NCBI RefSeq assembly: GCF_048593235.1
Contig: NC_133617.1
Span: forward strand, 738,400,958 to 738,464,957
Source: Sminthopsis crassicaudata
Taxonomy: Eukaryota
DNA length: 64,000 bases
Direction: 5' to 3'
Position numbers and translations under genes: made by a program. The notes beneath the pieces were generated by a model. The model ran no database searches. It had not been told where the DNA came from and saw only the letters and a list, made by a program, of their open reading frames with translations. Positions 61,291 through 64,000 of the stretch are shown one piece after another; positions within the stretch are counted from its first letter, which is position 1, and the number at the start of each line of letters is the position of its first letter.

Positions 61291-62529
61291 AGGTAGGATT
61301 TTAAACCAAGACTTCTGACTCCAAAGTCTTCTACTGTCTTGATTCTGACACTTAGATTCCTTGCTCCCATTTTACAGATGAGAAAACTGAAACTAAAAGC
61401 AGTTAAGTGATTTGCCAGAAACTCAGCTGGACACTTAAGTGTCAAAGGCGGCACTGGAACTCAGGTCTTCCTGATTTTAATGCACCCTCTCCCCCCCCAC
61501 CCCCCACCCCGCCCTCTAGACATCATGTAGTTCACACCTTCCACATCTCAGTCACACATAGGAAGTGGATTCCACAAGAGTGTTACTCCCACCAATCGAA
61601 GGCAGCCATGTGGCTGCCTTTAACTTTAGCACACAGTAGGTGCTTAATAAGTGTTTAGTGGATAATTAACCTGCTGGTACTGAATTCAATCTCTTGTGTT
61701 TCTTGTCCTGACTGGAAACAGGCACCGAGATCTAAGAACTAGGAGAGAACTTATAGACCATCTGGTCCAGTTCTTTCATTTTTCAAAAGAGGAAACTGAG
61801 ATCCAGAGAAGTTCCCAATTTTATAAATAATTTTTACCTTTTCTCTCCAACTGGTCGGAGCTCACAGACCTGAGAGATTTATGGTTGCTCCTAATGTAGT
61901 CCCACAGAATGTGAACCTGTGATTTGGGAGACTTTCTTTAGCCTGTAGTTTGGAGAGGAAAAATAGGTACGTGGGATAATACTGAAGGGTAGATATGGAA
62001 GTGGGAAGTGCAGCCATTGAGTCCAAGCCGTTCATTTTACAGAGGAAGAAACTGAGGCACAGAGAAGTTGAACAATTTGTCTGAGATCGCCGGGTGAATA
62101 AAAGAGGCAGCACTAAATATGGACTGCGAGGTTATTTTCCGCCTGTTCCTTCTCTGTCGATGACTTCTGAGGTCCTATCATCCTATGACTTTATGTGAAA
62201 GGGCCTAGAAAAACTGACCCCAAGTTCAGGCCTTTTGGTCTCCCCTGCTCCCAGCTCTGAACATCATCATCTTCATAAACCATCTCTCATAAACAGCCTC
62301 ATCCTTAACCTTCTTTCTTCCTTGAGCACCAGCACAGCCAAGGAAGTCTCCAATTGGGCCAAGGCAGGGCTTGGTCTGAGCTTTGGGGGCCCCTGAGGCC
62401 TTGGGGGAAGAGTTGGGAGTCCCACACCCCTTATCTCCCTCCCCCAACGTTCCAAATCACTGCAACGGGCTTCCTTCTCAGCTGAGTAGGGGTCAGAGAT
62501 ATCTAGAGTGATACCTAGATCTAGAGAAC

Positions 62530-63000
62530 ATCTAGAGAAATGGGTGAACAAATATAATGGAATATATTATGTGCCTTAAGAAATGGCAGCCATGCAGAAT
62601 TCAGAAACATGGGAAGACGTGCATAAATCCATGTAATGACTAGCAGACTCAGAATCAACGACTGCCATAATGGAAAAAAAAAAAAAAAAAAAAAAGAACT
62701 CCAAAATGAATCCTAATGATACGTAACTGTAATGACCAATGCTGGCCATGGAGAAGTGACAAGAAACTGAATCTCTGTCCTCTCCTTGGAGGGGAACAGA
62801 ATGTCACACCCCCTGTCAGCTGGAGCGACTGGGCTGGTTTTTATTGACTGGGTTTCTTTGGGAACTAGGAAAAGGCTCTCTTGGTGTCCAACTGGGTATA
62901 GGGGGTGGGAGCAGGAAGGGCTGAGGATGGGTATACCCAGAAATGACTGTTTTAAAAGAAAAATCATCAAAAAGTTTCCAAATGAGCAGCACATTTTGTT
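62530..63000 (+). mobile_element. Old LINE-1 3' fragments
   Basis: aaatgggtgaacaaat...ggaatatattatgtgccttaagaaatg and gtaatgaccaatgctggccatggagaag. Confidence 0.55.
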
Positions 63001-64000
63001 GCTGAGTTCGAGGGGGACATTTATCCCGTGACTTTTAAACGTTTCCTTGGAAACCTCCCTTTGCAGCCCATCTCCCTAAACCCACTCTCTTTGTCTAATT
63101 ATGTTTGCATTCATTCCTAAGCATTGCTCTGTTTAAAAAAGATGGAAAATTAAATGCAACCTCAGTTACAAATTGTGAAACAAATAACTAACCGATTCCA
63201 TATTCTGTGTCTAAAGTTTCACGGGGAATCCGAAAACTCCCGGCTCTCCTCCTCATCAATAATGTAGCCCAGCTCTAAACAAATGACTTTTTATTCAAGG
63301 GCTGAAACCTAACCCCTAAATTCACTTTAAATTAGACTGAATAAAGAGTAAATGTCACACCAATATTCAAATATTTGGAGGACTGGCCAGACATGGTCTG
63401 AGAACTCAGACCAGCTGTGCATATTTGAGGGAAAGGGGGATTTGGGGCTCCAAGTCAGCCCAGAGCTGCTGGGACAAAACCTCTCTTCCCATTGATTCAT
63501 GACTGAGACATAACTAAGGCCCAGGATGCTTTGGGACAGATTGAGTTCCTTGTAGGAGAGATTCTGAGAAGTCTTCTTTGAAAGATTAGTTGGTACAGTG
63601 GAAAGCATAGAGTCCCAGGTTCAAATCCCAGCTCTCTCTTACTGCTTCTAAGACAAGACCCCTGGTCTTAAAAGCTCCTTCCAGCCCCAAGTCTGTGAGT
63701 TGAGTGATATTAACCAAAGTTTCTTTAATTAAAGCCCCTGATTCCTCAAATCAAGAAGGGATGTCTCCCAGTTACTGAAAAAACTATACGATAATTTAGA
63801 AAAGATACTTCAGTAATTTTCTCAGTGGATTTGGAGCTTCTAGGATGTCTGATACTAATTCATCTTCAGTTTCCCCCCTTTTTAACTCTGCATATAACTG
63901 ACAAGAAAACCAAAATGGCTAATTCCCTCTGCTGAGCTTCTCTCAAAGCAGAAGCCTGTTTATCTCAACCTGTTGGGGTCCTGGATCCCTTAGCAAAACA

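Noticed and set aside
1-64000. CRISPR array, prokaryotic operon, viral (EVE) insert or contamination
   Set aside because: No regularly spaced repeats with unique spacers and no gene-dense segment; marsupial repeats run throughout. A heavily decayed EVE cannot be excluded without tblastx.

Overview
This is mammalian genomic DNA from a marsupial. The SINE and LINE-1 types look dasyurid or dasyuromorph, but I cannot fix the species. The only protein-coding feature I can support is coding exon 1 of filamin B (FLNB) on the minus strand (34793->34502, 292 nt, middle hidden by an N gap), set in a CpG-island promoter (~33.5-35.8 kb). Positions 1-34501 are FLNB intron 1; I did not find exon 2 in the window. 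Positions ~35.2-64 kb are upstream intergenic DNA. The rest is mostly LINE-1 3' fragments (several with clear target-site duplications), WSINE1/MAR1/MIR CORE-SINEs, L2, L3/CR1, hAT remnants, microsatellites and six N gaps. I found no CRISPR array, true tRNA/rRNA gene, viral insert or second gene, and no convincing new biological system. The best leads are smaller. (1) A ~75-bp block carrying overlapping TEAD and CArG motifs appears to have been copied locally into the 5' junction of an L1 insertion. (2) CArG, TEAD and ATF/AP-1 motif pairs recur around FLNB. (3) The exon-1 splice donor is non-consensus and has apparent compensating features. (4) Three L1 insertions have short extra sequence between two A-tracts inside their TSDs. 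Repeat family names and human FLNB residues are recalled from memory, not from database searches, and repeat boundaries without a TSD are approximate.
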